From Candidatus Sulfopaludibacter sp. (lineage in GTDB: Bacteria > Verrucomicrobiota > Verrucomicrobiia > Limisphaerales > UBA11358): DNA of 64,000 nt. Location of the stretch: positions 10,488 to 74,487 of the forward strand of contig DATJNM010000019.1 in NCBI GenBank assembly GCA_035508155.1, in the 5' to 3' direction. A program made the translations under genes and the position numbers. Of the stretch, positions 21,094 to 31,291 are shown piece by piece. A model generated the notes under the pieces. It saw only the letters and a list, made by a program, of their open reading frames with translations. It searched no databases and was not told the origin of the DNA. The first letter of the stretch is position 1; each line of letters starts with the position of its first letter.

Positions 21094-23907
21094 TCATTGC
21101 AATATCGTTTTAACCATCCGCAGTGCCTCGTCCAGTTTACTGGCATCCTTGCCGCCACCGCGCGCGTTATCCGGCTTGCCGCCGCCCTTGCCTCCGACGA
21201 TCGGCGCGATTTGCTGAATGATTTTGCCGGCCTGGATCTTCCAGATGAAATCAGGGGTGACGGCCGCCACGAGCGCCACACTTGCCGCTTGCGAACCGCC
21301 GCCGAGAACAATGACCCCCTTGAAACGCTCCTTCAAGGAGTCAGCGACGGCCTGAAGAAAATCGCCATCCACCGCGCCGAGGTTGTGGATAATGACCGGT
21401 ATTTCGTTGACGTGGTGAATCTCTTCCAGCAAGCGGCTGGCGGCATTGGAAGCTTCGCGTTGTTGCGCCGATTTGAGTTGCTTTTCAATCATTTTCTGGT
21501 GCTCGAGCAGCGCTTCGATTTTCTTTTCCAGCTCGTGCACCGGTGAATTGACCTTGTCCGAGAGCGCCTGGATCAGCGTGACTTCGTCCGTCGTCCGGCG
21601 ATAAGCTTCCAGCCCGGCCACCGCTTCAATGCGCCGCACCCCGGCGGCAATCGCGCCCTCACCGATGAGGCGGAACAAACCAATCTCGCCCGTGGCCCGC
21701 GTATGTGTGCCGCCGCACAGTTCCATCGAATAGCCGTCCAGTTTTCCAGGCCGCCCGCCGATTTGCACCACGCGGACAACGTCACCGTATTTGTCACCGA
21801 AGAATTGCATCACGTCCTTGCGCGATTTTACGTCGGCGTACGGAACTTCCGCCCACGACACGCGGGTATTTTCCAGGATGCGTTCATTCACGAGTTTTTC
21901 GATGTCGGCCATCTGCTGCGGCGTGAGCGGTCCGCTGTTGAAATCAAAGGTGAGCTTGTCCGGCCCGACAAACGAGCCTTTCTGCGACGCGTCACGGTTC
22001 ACGATCTCGTGCAATGCCCAGTGGAGCAAATGCGTGACGGTGTGGTGGCGTTCGATGGCATTCCGACGGTGCTTGTCCACCGTGAGCGTCACGCGGGAAC
22101 CGGCCGCCGGGAGGTCATCCCCTTCGACAAAGTGCAGCCACGTGCTGCCGGATTTCTGTGTGTTCGTGATTCGCAGCCGCGCTGGGGAAAGCGCGGGAGT
22201 CCGCGAATTGACACTCGCGGCCACGATTAATTCGCCGGTGTCGCCCACCTGGCCGCCCATTTCGGCATAGCAAGCGCTGGCGTTGAGAACGACGGCGGTC
22301 TTGTTCTTGAGCGACACCACCTCCAACACTTTGGCTTCCACCGCCAGCTGGTCGTAGCCGACGAACCTAGTGGGCGTGGTGGTTTCCATTTGTGAAAGCG
22401 AAATGACTTCTTTCTTCTGCGCCGCCCGGGCGCGGGCGCGCTGCTCCTCCATCAATTTTTCAAAGACTTGCCGGTCCACCGTCATGCCGCGTTCACGGGC
22501 CATCAATTCGGTCAGGTCCAGCGGGAATCCGTAGGTATCGTAGAGTTTGAAGGCGAAGTCGCCCGGAATCACCTTGCTCCCGAAATCGGTAATCTCGGCA
22601 ATCGGACCGTCCTTGGGCACCGGGAACTGGACCACGTTGGTGGAAACCCGCCGGGCCTCTTCGGCAAAGAGCTCGATGCCCCGGTCCAGCGTCCTGTTGA
22701 ACATTTCCTCCTCCACGCGGATGACTTCCTGAACATGCTTTTTCCGGGCGCGGATTTCGGGAAAGACCTCGCCCATCGTGTCGGCGAGCACGGCCACGAG
22801 TTTGTGGAAGAACGGCCCCTGGAAATCGAGCGAACGGCCGTAGCGCACGGCGCGACGCAGGATACGGCGCAGGACATAGCCGCGCCCCTCGTTGCCGGGC
22901 TGAATACCGTCGGCAATCGCAAAACCAAGCGCGCGGATATGGTCGGCGATGACGCGGAAGGCAATGTCACTCTTCTGTTGAGGGCTGAGCGTTGAGAGGT
23001 CAACCGGCGGGAGGGTGTTGCCGTATTTTTTCCCGCTCAATTTCTCCAGCGCGTCAAAAATCGGACGGAAGATGTCGGTTTCGTAATTCGAGATTTTTGC
23101 ATTGGCAAAATCCTGGAAATTCTTCGTGCCCTGGATGAGGGAGGTGACGCGTTCGAATCCCATGCCGGTGTCCACGTGCCGGGCCGGCAACGGGCTGAAC
23201 GTGCCATCCGGGTTGGCGTTGAACTGGATAAAAACGAGGTTCCAGATTTCCATGCAACGGGAGTCGCCTCGGTTCACCAGACTGCCGTTGGTGTTGCCGC
23301 CGGGCGTGAGGTCCACGTGGAGTTCGGAGCAGGGACCGCACGGACCGGTATCGCCCATCATCCAGAAATTATCCTGCCTGCCGCCATAGACAATGTGGAC
23401 GGCCGGATCGAGCCCGAGCGCGCGGAATTTTTCAGCCCAGCAATTCCAGGCCTCCTCGTCGCGTTCCGCGGGGTCGCCTTGGGACTTGTCGGGATTATAA
23501 ATGGTCGCGTAAAGGCGTTCCGGCGGAAATTTCCAGACTTCGGCGACCAATTCCCACGCCCAATCAATGGCCTCCTTTTTGAAGTAATCGCCGAAACTCC
23601 AGTTGCCGAGCATCTCGAAGAATGTGTGGTGATAGGTGTCGAAGCCGACATCCTCAAGGTCATTATGTTTGCCGCCAGCCCGGATGCATTTCTGGGTGTC
23701 GGCAGCCCGGCCCGGTTTATACGGGCACCGGGTCTGTCCCAGGAAAATGGGCACAAACTGGTTCATGCCGGCGTTCGTGAACAGGAGGTTCGGCGAATCG
23801 GGCAACAGACTCGAAGACGGCACAATCACGTGCTGCTTCGACTTGAAGAAGTCGAGAAAGTCCTGCCGGATCTGGCGGCTTGGTCGAATTGGAACGGATG
23901 TCGTCAT
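21094..23907 (-). CDS. alaS: Alanine--tRNA ligase
   Basis: The ORF extends to 24081, but the conserved AlaRS N-terminus starts at ATG 23907 (MTTSVPIRPSRQIRQDFLDFFKSKQHVIVPSSSLLP..LLFTNAGMNQF). The editing-domain motifs HTVTHLL and CGGTH and a C-terminal DHHA1-like domain are present. Confidence 0.96.
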   Translation of the reverse strand: MTTSVPIRPSRQIRQDFLDFFKSKQHVIVPSSSLLPDSPNLLFTNAGMNQFVPIFLGQTRCPYKPGRAADTQKCIRAGGKHNDLEDVGFDTYHHTFFEMLGNWSFGDYFKKEAIDWAWELVAEVWKFPPERLYATIYNPDKSQGDPAERDEEAWNCWAEKFRALGLDPAVHIVYGGRQDNFWMMGDTGPCGPCSELHVDLTPGGNTNGSLVNRGDSRCMEIWNLVFIQFNANPDGTFSPLPARHVDTGMGFERVTSLIQGTKNFQDFANAKISNYETDIFRPIFDALEKLSGKKYGNTLPPVDLSTLSPQQKSDIAFRVIADHIRALGFAIADGIQPGNEGRGYVLRRILRRAVRYGRSLDFQGPFFHKLVAVLADTMGEVFPEIRARKKHVQEVIRVEEEMFNRTLDRGIELFAEEARRVSTNVVQFPVPKDGPIAEITDFGSKVIPGDFAFKLYDTYGFPLDLTELMARERGMTVDRQVFEKLMEEQRARARAAQKKEVISLSQMETTTPTRFVGYDQLAVEAKVLEVVSLKNKTAVVLNASACYAEMGGQVGDTGELIVAASVNSRTPALSPARLRITNTQKSGSTWLHFVEGDDLPAAGSRVTLTVDKHRRNAIERHHTVTHLLHWALHEIVNRDASQKGSFVGPDKLTFDFNSGPLTPQQMADIEKLVNERILENTRVSWAEVPYADVKSRKDVMQFFGDKYGDVVRVVQIGGRPGKLDGYSMELCGGTHTRATGEIGLFRLIGEGAIAAGVRRIEAVAGLEAYRRTTDEVTLIQALSDKVNSPVHELEKKIEALLEHQKMIEKQLKSAQQREASNAASRLLEEIHHVNEIPVIIHNLGAVDGDFLQAVADSLKERFKGVIVLGGGSQAASVALVAAVTPDFIWKIQAGKIIQQIAPIVGGKGGGKPDNARGGGKDASKLDEALRMVKTILQ

Positions 23908-24105
23908 TGGAAATAAACAAAGCCATAAATTATGCCAATGACCGTGACAAGGCGAGTTGGAAGTTGGTCCGGAATTTTTATCAGGCACACCCATGAAACG
24001 GGCGAACCCGATCCCCGGGAAAAGGCAAAAATTGATTTCACAACAGCAAAATAGGTTTAACAGCTTCTTGAAGGGATGCATTAGAGTTCAAAAATCCGGT
24101 TTCGG

Positions 24106-27100
24106 ATGAAAAATAACTTTAGCAGCGTGGCTTTGCGCACCAGCTTGATTTACGCGGCAATCGGCGGTGCCTGGATACTGTTTTCCGGCCGGGTGTTGTT
24201 TGCCTTGGTTTCCAACCCGGAAGTCCGTGTCGAATTGGAAATCTACAAGGGTTGGGCGTTTGTGGCCGTTACCGCGTTCCTGCTCTATGTCACGCTCCGC
24301 GGCCAGTTACACCGCCTGGACAAGGAAGCCGCCGGGCGCAAAAAAATGGAGGATGAATTACGCTGGAAAACGGCATTCCTGGAAGCCCAGGTGAATTCGA
24401 CTCTGGACGGCATATTGGTAGTGGACCAGCAGGGAAATAAAATCCTGCAAAACCAGCGGATGATCGAGCAGTGGAAAATTCCCAGGGAGATTGTCGAAAA
24501 CAAGGATGACGACGCACAAATTCAATATGTCAGGGACCGGACCAAAAACCCGGAACAATTCGTAGCAAGAGTCACTTACCTCTACTCGCATCCCGACGAA
24601 ATCAGCCAGGACGAGGTTGCGTTGAAAGACGGAACCGTTCTGGACCGATACTCCTCCCCGGTTATCGGCCAGGATGGAACGCATTATGGAAGAATCTGGA
24701 TCTTTCGTGATATTTCCGAACGCAAACAGGCAGAGGAGAAGCTGCGCCAGAGCGAGGCGAAGTTCCGTTCGTATATTGAAAATGCGCCGTTGGCCATATT
24801 TGTCGCCAACGGGGACGGCCACCTTGTGGATTGCAACGGCGCCGCGCTCAAAATGCTGGGTTATGACGCAACGGATTTGCAGAAACTACGCACCGTGGAC
24901 CTCCATCCCGAAGAGGACCGCGAGCTGATCCTCCAGGCCCATGCCACTCTGGTCAAGCAAAAGCAAGTCCGGGACGAATTACGCTTCAAAACTAAAAATG
25001 GAGACCTGATTTGGGGTTTGTTGCACGCCGTGGTCGTTGAAGGCGGTTTGACCATGGGCTTCTGCCTGGACATCACCGAACGCAAGCGGATGGAAGAAAC
25101 CCTGGTTCGCGAACGCCAACTGCTGCGCATGTTGATCGATCTGCTGCCCGAAACGTTTTACGTCAAGGATTTGGACAGCCGTTTCCTGATTGCCAACACG
25201 GCGCTCGCCAAACACTTCGGCAAAGAGAAACCTTCCGAAATCGTCGGCCGGTCGGATGCGGACTTTTTCCCCGCCGAGGCGGCCGCCGACTACCGGGCGG
25301 CGGAACTAAAAGTCCTGGGGGGAGAATCGCTCATTGACCATGAGGGGAACGGCGTCAGCCCCACCGGCCGGACGTGTACGCATTTGACGACCAAAGTGCC
25401 TTTCCGGGACAGCCAGGGACGGATTCAGGGCCTGGTGGGAATCGGGCGGGACATCACCGAACGCAAGCGAACTGAATTGGCGCTCCGCAACAGCGAGCAA
25501 CGTTTCCGCCAGATGGCCCAAACCATTGGCGAAGTGTTCTGGCTGTCACCGCCGGATTATCAGACCATTCTTTATATCAGCCCGGCATTTGAACGGGTCT
25601 GGGGAAGGTCCTGTGATGAGTTGTATGCGCATCCGTCGCTCTGGCTGGAAGCCGTTCATGTGGAAGACACCCCGGGGGTGTTGCGCGCCCTGGAAGAACT
25701 CGCCCAGGGCAAACCTTATAACATTGAATTCCGCATTACGCGCCCCGACGGCACCATTCGCTGGATCAACGACCGGGGCTACCCACAGTTGGATTCCAAC
25801 AACCGAGTCGTTCTCACTTCCGGTGTTGCCACTGACATCACCGAACGCAAGCAGACCGAGGAATCACATATGCGGCTGGTCACCGCGGTGGAGCAGGCCG
25901 CCGAGGCCGTTGTCATCACCGGCACCGACGGAAAAATCCTCTACATCAATCCCGCTTTTGAGGCCGTCACCGGCTATTCACGGCAGGAAATCCTCGGCCA
26001 GAACCCGCGCATTTTAAAGAGCGGCAAACATGACCGGGCCTTTTACCAAAGGATGTGGGCCGTGCTTTCCAATGGCGAAGTATGGTCGGGCCGTCTGATC
26101 AACAAAAAGAAAGACGGCACCCTCTTCGAGGAAGAGGCCACCATCTCACCGGTCCGGGATTCAAACGGTCGGATCACCAATTTCGTTGCCGTCAAACGCG
26201 ATGTGACCCGCGAAATTGCGTTGGAAAACCAATTCCGCCAATCCCAAAAAATGGAGGCCTTCGGACAACTCGCGGGCGGCGTGGCGCATGACTTCAACAA
26301 TCTGCTCACGGTCATTCAAGGCAACGCCTCCCTGCTGTTAAATCCCCAACTCAAACCGGAAGACAGACCGGGTTGCTCGCGCCAAATTGTCCAGGCCGCC
26401 GAGCGCGCCGCCACCCTGACCCGCCAGTTGCTCATGTTCAGCCGCAAACACGCCTTGCAGGTCGTCACTCTGGATCTTAACGAGGTCGTCGGAAACATGA
26501 CGAAGATGCTGCAACGCATTCTGGGTGAAGACATCGTGTTGTGCGCCAAATACGACTCAAAACTCACGGCCATTTCCGCTGATGCAGGCATGATCGAGCA
26601 GGTCCTCCTCAATCTGGCGGTGAACTCGCGTGACGCGATGCCTAGAGGCGGCCAGTTGTTGATCTCCACCTCCCTGGAAGATGTCGATGCCGACAGCCTG
26701 CAAATGCCGGCGGATGTATCCCCGGGCCGATATGTCTGCCTGAGAGTCACCGATACCGGATGCGGCATCCGGCCGGAGGTTCTTCCCCACATTTTTGAGC
26801 CATTTTTCACCACCAAGGAAGTCGGCAAAGGAACGGGGCTCGGACTTGCCTCCGTTTACGGCATCGTGCAACAACATCGCGGCTGGGTTGCCGTGACCAG
26901 CGAACTGGGTCGGGGAACCACGTTTTCCGTTTATCTGCCCGCGGCGAAGGACACTCCCGTCAAATCCGAGGCGGCCACCGCCCCGAAACTGCCCCGCGGG
27001 AGTGAGACCATTCTGGTGGCAGAGGACGAACTGGCGGTCCGATCACTCGTCGGCAACTTCCTCCGCCGCTGTGGCTACACCGTCCTGATGGCGGAATCCG

Positions 27101-27417
27101 GCGTAGCTGCACTGGAGACGTGGCGGAAACAACGCGATAAAATTCAACTGCTGTTGACGGACATGATCATGCCCGACGGCATGACCGGTTACGATCTGGC
27201 GAAGCAATTGCGGGGCGAGCGACCGCAATTGAAGGTGATTTACACAAGCGGTTACAGTGCCGATGTTGTGGCCAAGGATCCTGCATTCATTCGTGACGGC
27301 AACTTCTTGCAGAAGCCGTATCATCCACACCAACTCGCCCGCATCGTCCGGGACTGCCTGGACCAGGAACCGGACGCCGGGTCGGCAACCAGCGGCAATA
27401 AGCCGCCGGGCGGCTGA
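24106..27417 (+). CDS. Multi-PAS hybrid sensor histidine kinase/response regulator
   Basis: 1103 aa. It has two N-terminal TM helices and at least 5 PAS/PAC units (recurrent DITERK linkers), the H-box GVAHDFNNLLT, HATPase ([14 protein letters not shown]), and REC (ILVAEDE..DMIMPDGMTG). Confidence 0.85.
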   Translation: MKNNFSSVALRTSLIYAAIGGAWILFSGRVLFALVSNPEVRVELEIYKGWAFVAVTAFLLYVTLRGQLHRLDKEAAGRKKMEDELRWKTAFLEAQVNSTLDGILVVDQQGNKILQNQRMIEQWKIPREIVENKDDDAQIQYVRDRTKNPEQFVARVTYLYSHPDEISQDEVALKDGTVLDRYSSPVIGQDGTHYGRIWIFRDISERKQAEEKLRQSEAKFRSYIENAPLAIFVANGDGHLVDCNGAALKMLGYDATDLQKLRTVDLHPEEDRELILQAHATLVKQKQVRDELRFKTKNGDLIWGLLHAVVVEGGLTMGFCLDITERKRMEETLVRERQLLRMLIDLLPETFYVKDLDSRFLIANTALAKHFGKEKPSEIVGRSDADFFPAEAAADYRAAELKVLGGESLIDHEGNGVSPTGRTCTHLTTKVPFRDSQGRIQGLVGIGRDITERKRTELALRNSEQRFRQMAQTIGEVFWLSPPDYQTILYISPAFERVWGRSCDELYAHPSLWLEAVHVEDTPGVLRALEELAQGKPYNIEFRITRPDGTIRWINDRGYPQLDSNNRVVLTSGVATDITERKQTEESHMRLVTAVEQAAEAVVITGTDGKILYINPAFEAVTGYSRQEILGQNPRILKSGKHDRAFYQRMWAVLSNGEVWSGRLINKKKDGTLFEEEATISPVRDSNGRITNFVAVKRDVTREIALENQFRQSQKMEAFGQLAGGVAHDFNNLLTVIQGNASLLLNPQLKPEDRPGCSRQIVQAAERAATLTRQLLMFSRKHALQVVTLDLNEVVGNMTKMLQRILGEDIVLCAKYDSKLTAISADAGMIEQVLLNLAVNSRDAMPRGGQLLISTSLEDVDADSLQMPADVSPGRYVCLRVTDTGCGIRPEVLPHIFEPFFTTKEVGKGTGLGLASVYGIVQQHRGWVAVTSELGRGTTFSVYLPAAKDTPVKSEAATAPKLPRGSETILVAEDELAVRSLVGNFLRRCGYTVLMAESGVAALETWRKQRDKIQLLLTDMIMPDGMTGYDLAKQLRGERPQLKVIYTSGYSADVVAKDPAFIRDGNFLQKPYHPHQLARIVRDCLDQEPDAGSATSGNKPPGG

Positions 27418-28728
27418 TCACCCGGCGGGCGGATTGCGGACTCTGGGCGGCGGCCGGAAGAAAAGCGCGAGTGCCGCCGCCGAAACCAGGGCAACCGTCA
27501 ACGGCACGAGAAACAGATGATGGAAATCGGTCAGGCCGTTCCGCAGGAATGTCTCCTGCGCCAGCTTCGGGCAGAGGCTGTTGGCCACCAGCACGCCGAT
27601 GCCCAGAATCATGACGTTGAACAACCCCTGCGCGCTGGCGCGCACGTCCTTGGGAAAATATTCCTCCGCAAAAATGTAAACGGCCGCGAAGAAAAAGGCG
27701 TAACAGATGCCGTGGAGAATCTGCACCAGAATGATCAGCGCCGGGTTCTGGGGAAAGAATGCCCAGACGGCAAAGCGGACCGGATAGGCCAATATGCCGA
27801 GAATCATCGTCGCGCGGTAGCCGAGGCGTCTCAAGGTTGCGCCCAGGATGAACATCGTGAGCAGTTCGGCAACCTGGCCGACGCTCATGACCGGCATAAT
27901 CCAATTGCCCGGAATGCCGACGCCGCCCGCTTCCCGGCTGGCGCCGAGAAACGAACCCGCCCAGTTGAAATAACAATTGTGCACCACGGCGTCGAGAAAA
28001 GTCACCACCCACAGCACCAGCACAAAAGGGTGCCGCAGCAGTTTCATCGCCTCGGCCCAGGCCAGTTTTTCCGCGCCGCCTTCGCCCGCTTTCCCTGGCG
28101 GCGTGTGCGGCAACGTCAGACTGAAAGCCGCCAATAGCAGCGAGGCAGCGCCGGCGACAACGTAAGTCCATTGGGTTGCGTTTTGTAATGCCGGCCCGGT
28201 CAACCCATTGGACAGCGCGGTGCCGATCCAATCGGCGATGCCATGTGGATGGGAGGCGCGCACCTTGTCCCAGTCCACCAGAATAAAGGTGAACGGCCAG
28301 GCGGCGAGGATCCAACCGAGCGTGCCGCCCATGCGGACGAAACCGAACTCCCGGGCGTCCTTCAGGTGCGCGAACGCAATCTGGTTCGCAATCGAAAGGG
28401 TCGGCACATAAAGCAGGCAATAGATCAGCATCAGGCCGAAGAACGGCCAATAGGTCTTCGTCGCCGCCAGGCCGAGCAGCGCCAGTCCGCCGACGAGATG
28501 GCTGAACGCCATGAATTTTTCCGCCGCGAAATTCCGGTCGGCGAACTGATTGCCGAAGAACATGCCGATGATGGCGGCGACCGGAAAAGCGTTTAGAATC
28601 GAGGATTGCTGGAACGGCGTAAAATTCAGGCCGGGCAGATAGCTGAAAATGAGCGGCAACCACGCGCCCCAGATGAAAAATTCCAGAACCATCATGCCAA
28701 AGAGCCGGATACGGAGCGAGTGGTTCAT
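27418..28728 (-). CDS. MFS transporter, nucleoside:H+ symporter-like
   Basis: The ORF extends to 28857. The likely start is ATG 28728 (MNHSLRIRLFGMMVLEFFIWGAWLPLIFSYL). It has about 12 hydrophobic segments, and the N-terminus resembles the NupG/XapB-type family. Confidence 0.7.
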   Translation of the reverse strand: MNHSLRIRLFGMMVLEFFIWGAWLPLIFSYLPGLNFTPFQQSSILNAFPVAAIIGMFFGNQFADRNFAAEKFMAFSHLVGGLALLGLAATKTYWPFFGLMLIYCLLYVPTLSIANQIAFAHLKDAREFGFVRMGGTLGWILAAWPFTFILVDWDKVRASHPHGIADWIGTALSNGLTGPALQNATQWTYVVAGAASLLLAAFSLTLPHTPPGKAGEGGAEKLAWAEAMKLLRHPFVLVLWVVTFLDAVVHNCYFNWAGSFLGASREAGGVGIPGNWIMPVMSVGQVAELLTMFILGATLRRLGYRATMILGILAYPVRFAVWAFFPQNPALIILVQILHGICYAFFFAAVYIFAEEYFPKDVRASAQGLFNVMILGIGVLVANSLCPKLAQETFLRNGLTDFHHLFLVPLTVALVSAAALALFFRPPPRVRNPPAG

Positions 28729-29047
28729 GAGCGGGCACGAGTTTGCAAGTGGTTTCCTCAGGCGCAACAAAAAATTTACAGGAATTTTTCTTGAGAAAAT
28801 CCCGGAGCCGGGCGATATTGGAGCCGTCAGAAAAAAGAATTGCTCTTTGATCGACAACCTGAATTTACCCTGCCCTGTTCGTGATTAGGCAACTAATCCT
28901 TGAACCGTAATAATACGATCCCGGGACCCAGGCCGGGGCTGTGGCCGACACGCCTTTGTTGGAAGTCGAAAGCAGTCCAGCCCGTCCCACATGTTGCAAA
29001 ACATGTTCAAAGGAACAGTTACCCACGGCAATGGCGGGGTTTTTTAT

Positions 29048-29082
29048 ATTTGCGATTTCGGATTTGCGATTTGCGATTTTTT
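29048..29082. repeat. Tandem heptanucleotide repeat (ATTTGCG)-like, 5 units
   Basis: atttgcg atttcgg atttgcg atttgcg atttttt, located 70 nt upstream of the rarA ATG. Confidence 0.9.
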
Positions 29083-29152
29083 GCCCCCACCTCCGTCCTC
29101 GGGCTCGTCGTCGGCAATTGCAGTTGTTTTTCAAACGGATTATTGTTTCTTC

Positions 29153-30532
29153 ATGCCGCGTGATGATTTGTTTTCCACCCCGCTTGAAAATCGGCCGGAA
29201 GAGACGTCCGGGCGAGCCGCTGAAAAATTCTCCCGCAACCAGCCGCTGGCCGCGCGCCTGCGGCCGCGCAGCCTCGATGAGTTCGCCGGCCAGACGCATA
29301 TCCTGGCACCCGGCCAGTTGCTCCGCCGGGCCATCGAGGCCGATCGCCTCCAATCGCTGATCTTCTTCGGCCCACCCGGCACCGGCAAGACGTCGCTCGC
29401 CCAAATCATCGCCCGCCAGACCAAAAGCAAGTTCGAACGGCTCAGTGGTGTGGAATCCAACGTCGCCGACATGCGCCGGGTGCTGGCCGCGGCCGCCAAC
29501 CGTCTCGAAAATACGGGCCGACCGACGATATTGTTCATTGACGAAATCCACCGCTTCAACAAGGCCCAGCAGGACGTGCTGCTGCCGGACGTGGAAAGCG
29601 GCGTGGTGCGGCTCATTGGCGCCACCACGCATAATCCGTTCTTCTTTGTCAACTCACCGCTCGTTTCGCGCTCGCAAATTTTTGAACTGCGCCCGTTGCG
29701 CGAAGAAGAATTGTTCGCCTTGTTGCAACGGGCGCTGGCCGACCCGGAACGCGGGCTCGGTTACCTGAACATTCAAGCCGACGAAAACGCCCTGCGTCAC
29801 CTGGCCAAAATCGCCGATGGCGACGCGCGCAAGGCGCTGAACGCGCTGGAGATTGCCGCGCTCACCACCGCGCCGGACCAACAAGGCAGGGTTCACCTTG
29901 ACCTCGCCGCCGCCGAGCAAAGCATCCAGAAAAAGGCCATCGTGTACGACGACGAAGACGCGCATTACGACACCATTTCCGCCTTCATCAAGGCGATGCG
30001 CGGCAGCGACCCGGACGCGGCGCTCTACTGGTTGGCCAAGATGATTCACGCCGGCGAGGACCCCCGGTTTATCGCCCGGCGGATTGTAATATGCGCGGCG
30101 GAAGACGTGGGCCTGGCGGATCCCATGGCATTGGTGCTCGCCAACGCGGCACTGTCGGCGTCGGAATTTGTCGGCTGGCCCGAGGCGCGCATTCCCCTGG
30201 CCGAAGCGACGGTTTACATCGCCACCGCCAACAAGAGCAACAGCGCGTATCTGGCCATTGATGCCGCACTGGAGGACGTCAAATCAGGCCGCACGCTGCC
30301 GGTCCCGGAGCACTTGCGGGACACGCATTACAAAGGCGCGGAACGGCTCGGCCACGGCAAGGGTTACGAATACGCCCACGACCATCCGGGCCATTTCGTG
30401 GCACAGGATTATCTCGGGACGGACAAGATTTATTATGAGCCGACCGAGCAGGGCGTGGAAAAGAAAATCAAGGAACGGGTGGAGAAATGGCGGGCGGCGC
30501 TGGCTGCCGCGCGAAAACAAGGCGAAAAATGA
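29153..30532 (+). CDS. rarA: Replication-associated recombination protein A (RarA/MgsA AAA+ ATPase)
   Basis: The ORF starts at 28991, but the conserved start is ATG 29153 (MPRDDLFSTPLE...PLAARLRPRSLDEFAGQTHILAPG). Walker A is GPPGTGKTSLAQIIA and Walker B is ILFIDEIHRFNKAQQD. The C-terminal region reads LYWLAKMIHAGEDPRFIARR. Confidence 0.92.
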   Translation: MPRDDLFSTPLENRPEETSGRAAEKFSRNQPLAARLRPRSLDEFAGQTHILAPGQLLRRAIEADRLQSLIFFGPPGTGKTSLAQIIARQTKSKFERLSGVESNVADMRRVLAAAANRLENTGRPTILFIDEIHRFNKAQQDVLLPDVESGVVRLIGATTHNPFFFVNSPLVSRSQIFELRPLREEELFALLQRALADPERGLGYLNIQADENALRHLAKIADGDARKALNALEIAALTTAPDQQGRVHLDLAAAEQSIQKKAIVYDDEDAHYDTISAFIKAMRGSDPDAALYWLAKMIHAGEDPRFIARRIVICAAEDVGLADPMALVLANAALSASEFVGWPEARIPLAEATVYIATANKSNSAYLAIDAALEDVKSGRTLPVPEHLRDTHYKGAERLGHGKGYEYAHDHPGHFVAQDYLGTDKIYYEPTEQGVEKKIKERVEKWRAALAAARKQGEK

Positions 30533-31107
30533 CTGTTGATTTGAACGGGCAAAAAGGCGCGTTACGGAAACAACTCCGCGAAGCGCTGCAGAAGCTGTCC
30601 CCGGCGGTGCGGGCGGCGGAATCCATCGAGCTGTGCGACCGGCTGGAACCCCAATTGCAAAGCGCACGCACGATTCTGTTTTTCGCGCCGCTGCCGGAGG
30701 AACCGGACGTCTGGCCGTTGCTGGAAAAAATGCTGCCGACAAAAAAAATCTGTGCCCTGCCCGCTTTCAACTCCACCGCCCGGACCTATTTGGCGCGACA
30801 GGTTCGGAATTTGACGTCGGACCTCTCCGCCGGAAAATTCGGCATTCGCGAGCCGTCAGCGACTTGCGGGGAAATTCGGCCGGACCAGTTCGATTTGGTC
30901 CTGGTTCCGGCGGTCGCTTTTGATTGGCACGGACACCGGCTGGGACGCGGCGGGGGATTCTACGACCGGTTGCTGGCGAAGGCGCATGGCATCAAATGCG
31001 GCGTGGCGTTTGATGCGCAAATGGTGAAAGCAATACCAGCGGAAACCCATGACGTCCGGATGGATTTCATAGCCACTCCCAGCCGGCTGGTAAAAGTCGC
31101 CGGCTGA
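30529..31107 (+). CDS. 5-formyltetrahydrofolate cyclo-ligase
   Basis: The ATG at 30529 overlaps the rarA stop (ATGA). KGALRKQLREAL near the N-terminus, LVLVPAVAFDWHGHRLGRGGGFYDRLL, and the roughly 190-aa length fit the family. Confidence 0.85.
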   Translation: MTVDLNGQKGALRKQLREALQKLSPAVRAAESIELCDRLEPQLQSARTILFFAPLPEEPDVWPLLEKMLPTKKICALPAFNSTARTYLARQVRNLTSDLSAGKFGIREPSATCGEIRPDQFDLVLVPAVAFDWHGHRLGRGGGFYDRLLAKAHGIKCGVAFDAQMVKAIPAETHDVRMDFIATPSRLVKVAG

Positions 31108-31122
31108 TTTGTACGGTGGTTT

Positions 31123-31290
31123 TTATTGATGCTGCTGATCCAGCATCGGCGAGCCGCTTTCCCAGCTCTGCGGCGCATTCCACGGGCGGACCGAGGCATT
31201 CTCGGGTTCGTTGGTTTGACAACCCGTGATTCCAAAAAGCAGAACGCTCCACAGGAGCAGGAAAAGCCATTTGACGGCCGGACCTTGCAT
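31123..31290 (-). CDS. Small lipoprotein (55 aa)
   Basis: MQGPAVKWLFLLLWSVLLFGITGC contains a lipobox (ITGC). Its start lies 1 nt after the upstream gene's stop, so co-translation with 31292-32059 is likely. Confidence 0.5.
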   Translation of the reverse strand: MQGPAVKWLFLLLWSVLLFGITGCQTNEPENASVRPWNAPQSWESGSPMLDQQHQ

Positions 31291-31291
31291 T

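Noticed and set aside
23908-24081. N-terminal 58-codon extension of alaS from the ORF track
   Set aside because: The extension (MHPFKKLLNLFCCCEINFCLF...) is Cys/Phe-rich and non-homologous. The conserved AlaRS N-terminus begins at ATG 23907.
27287-28738. 483-aa ORF on the minus strand overlapping the MFS transporter in another frame
   Set aside because: It is Arg/Pro/Gly-rich with no hydrophobic segments. The 27418-28728 frame gives a clean 12-TM transporter.
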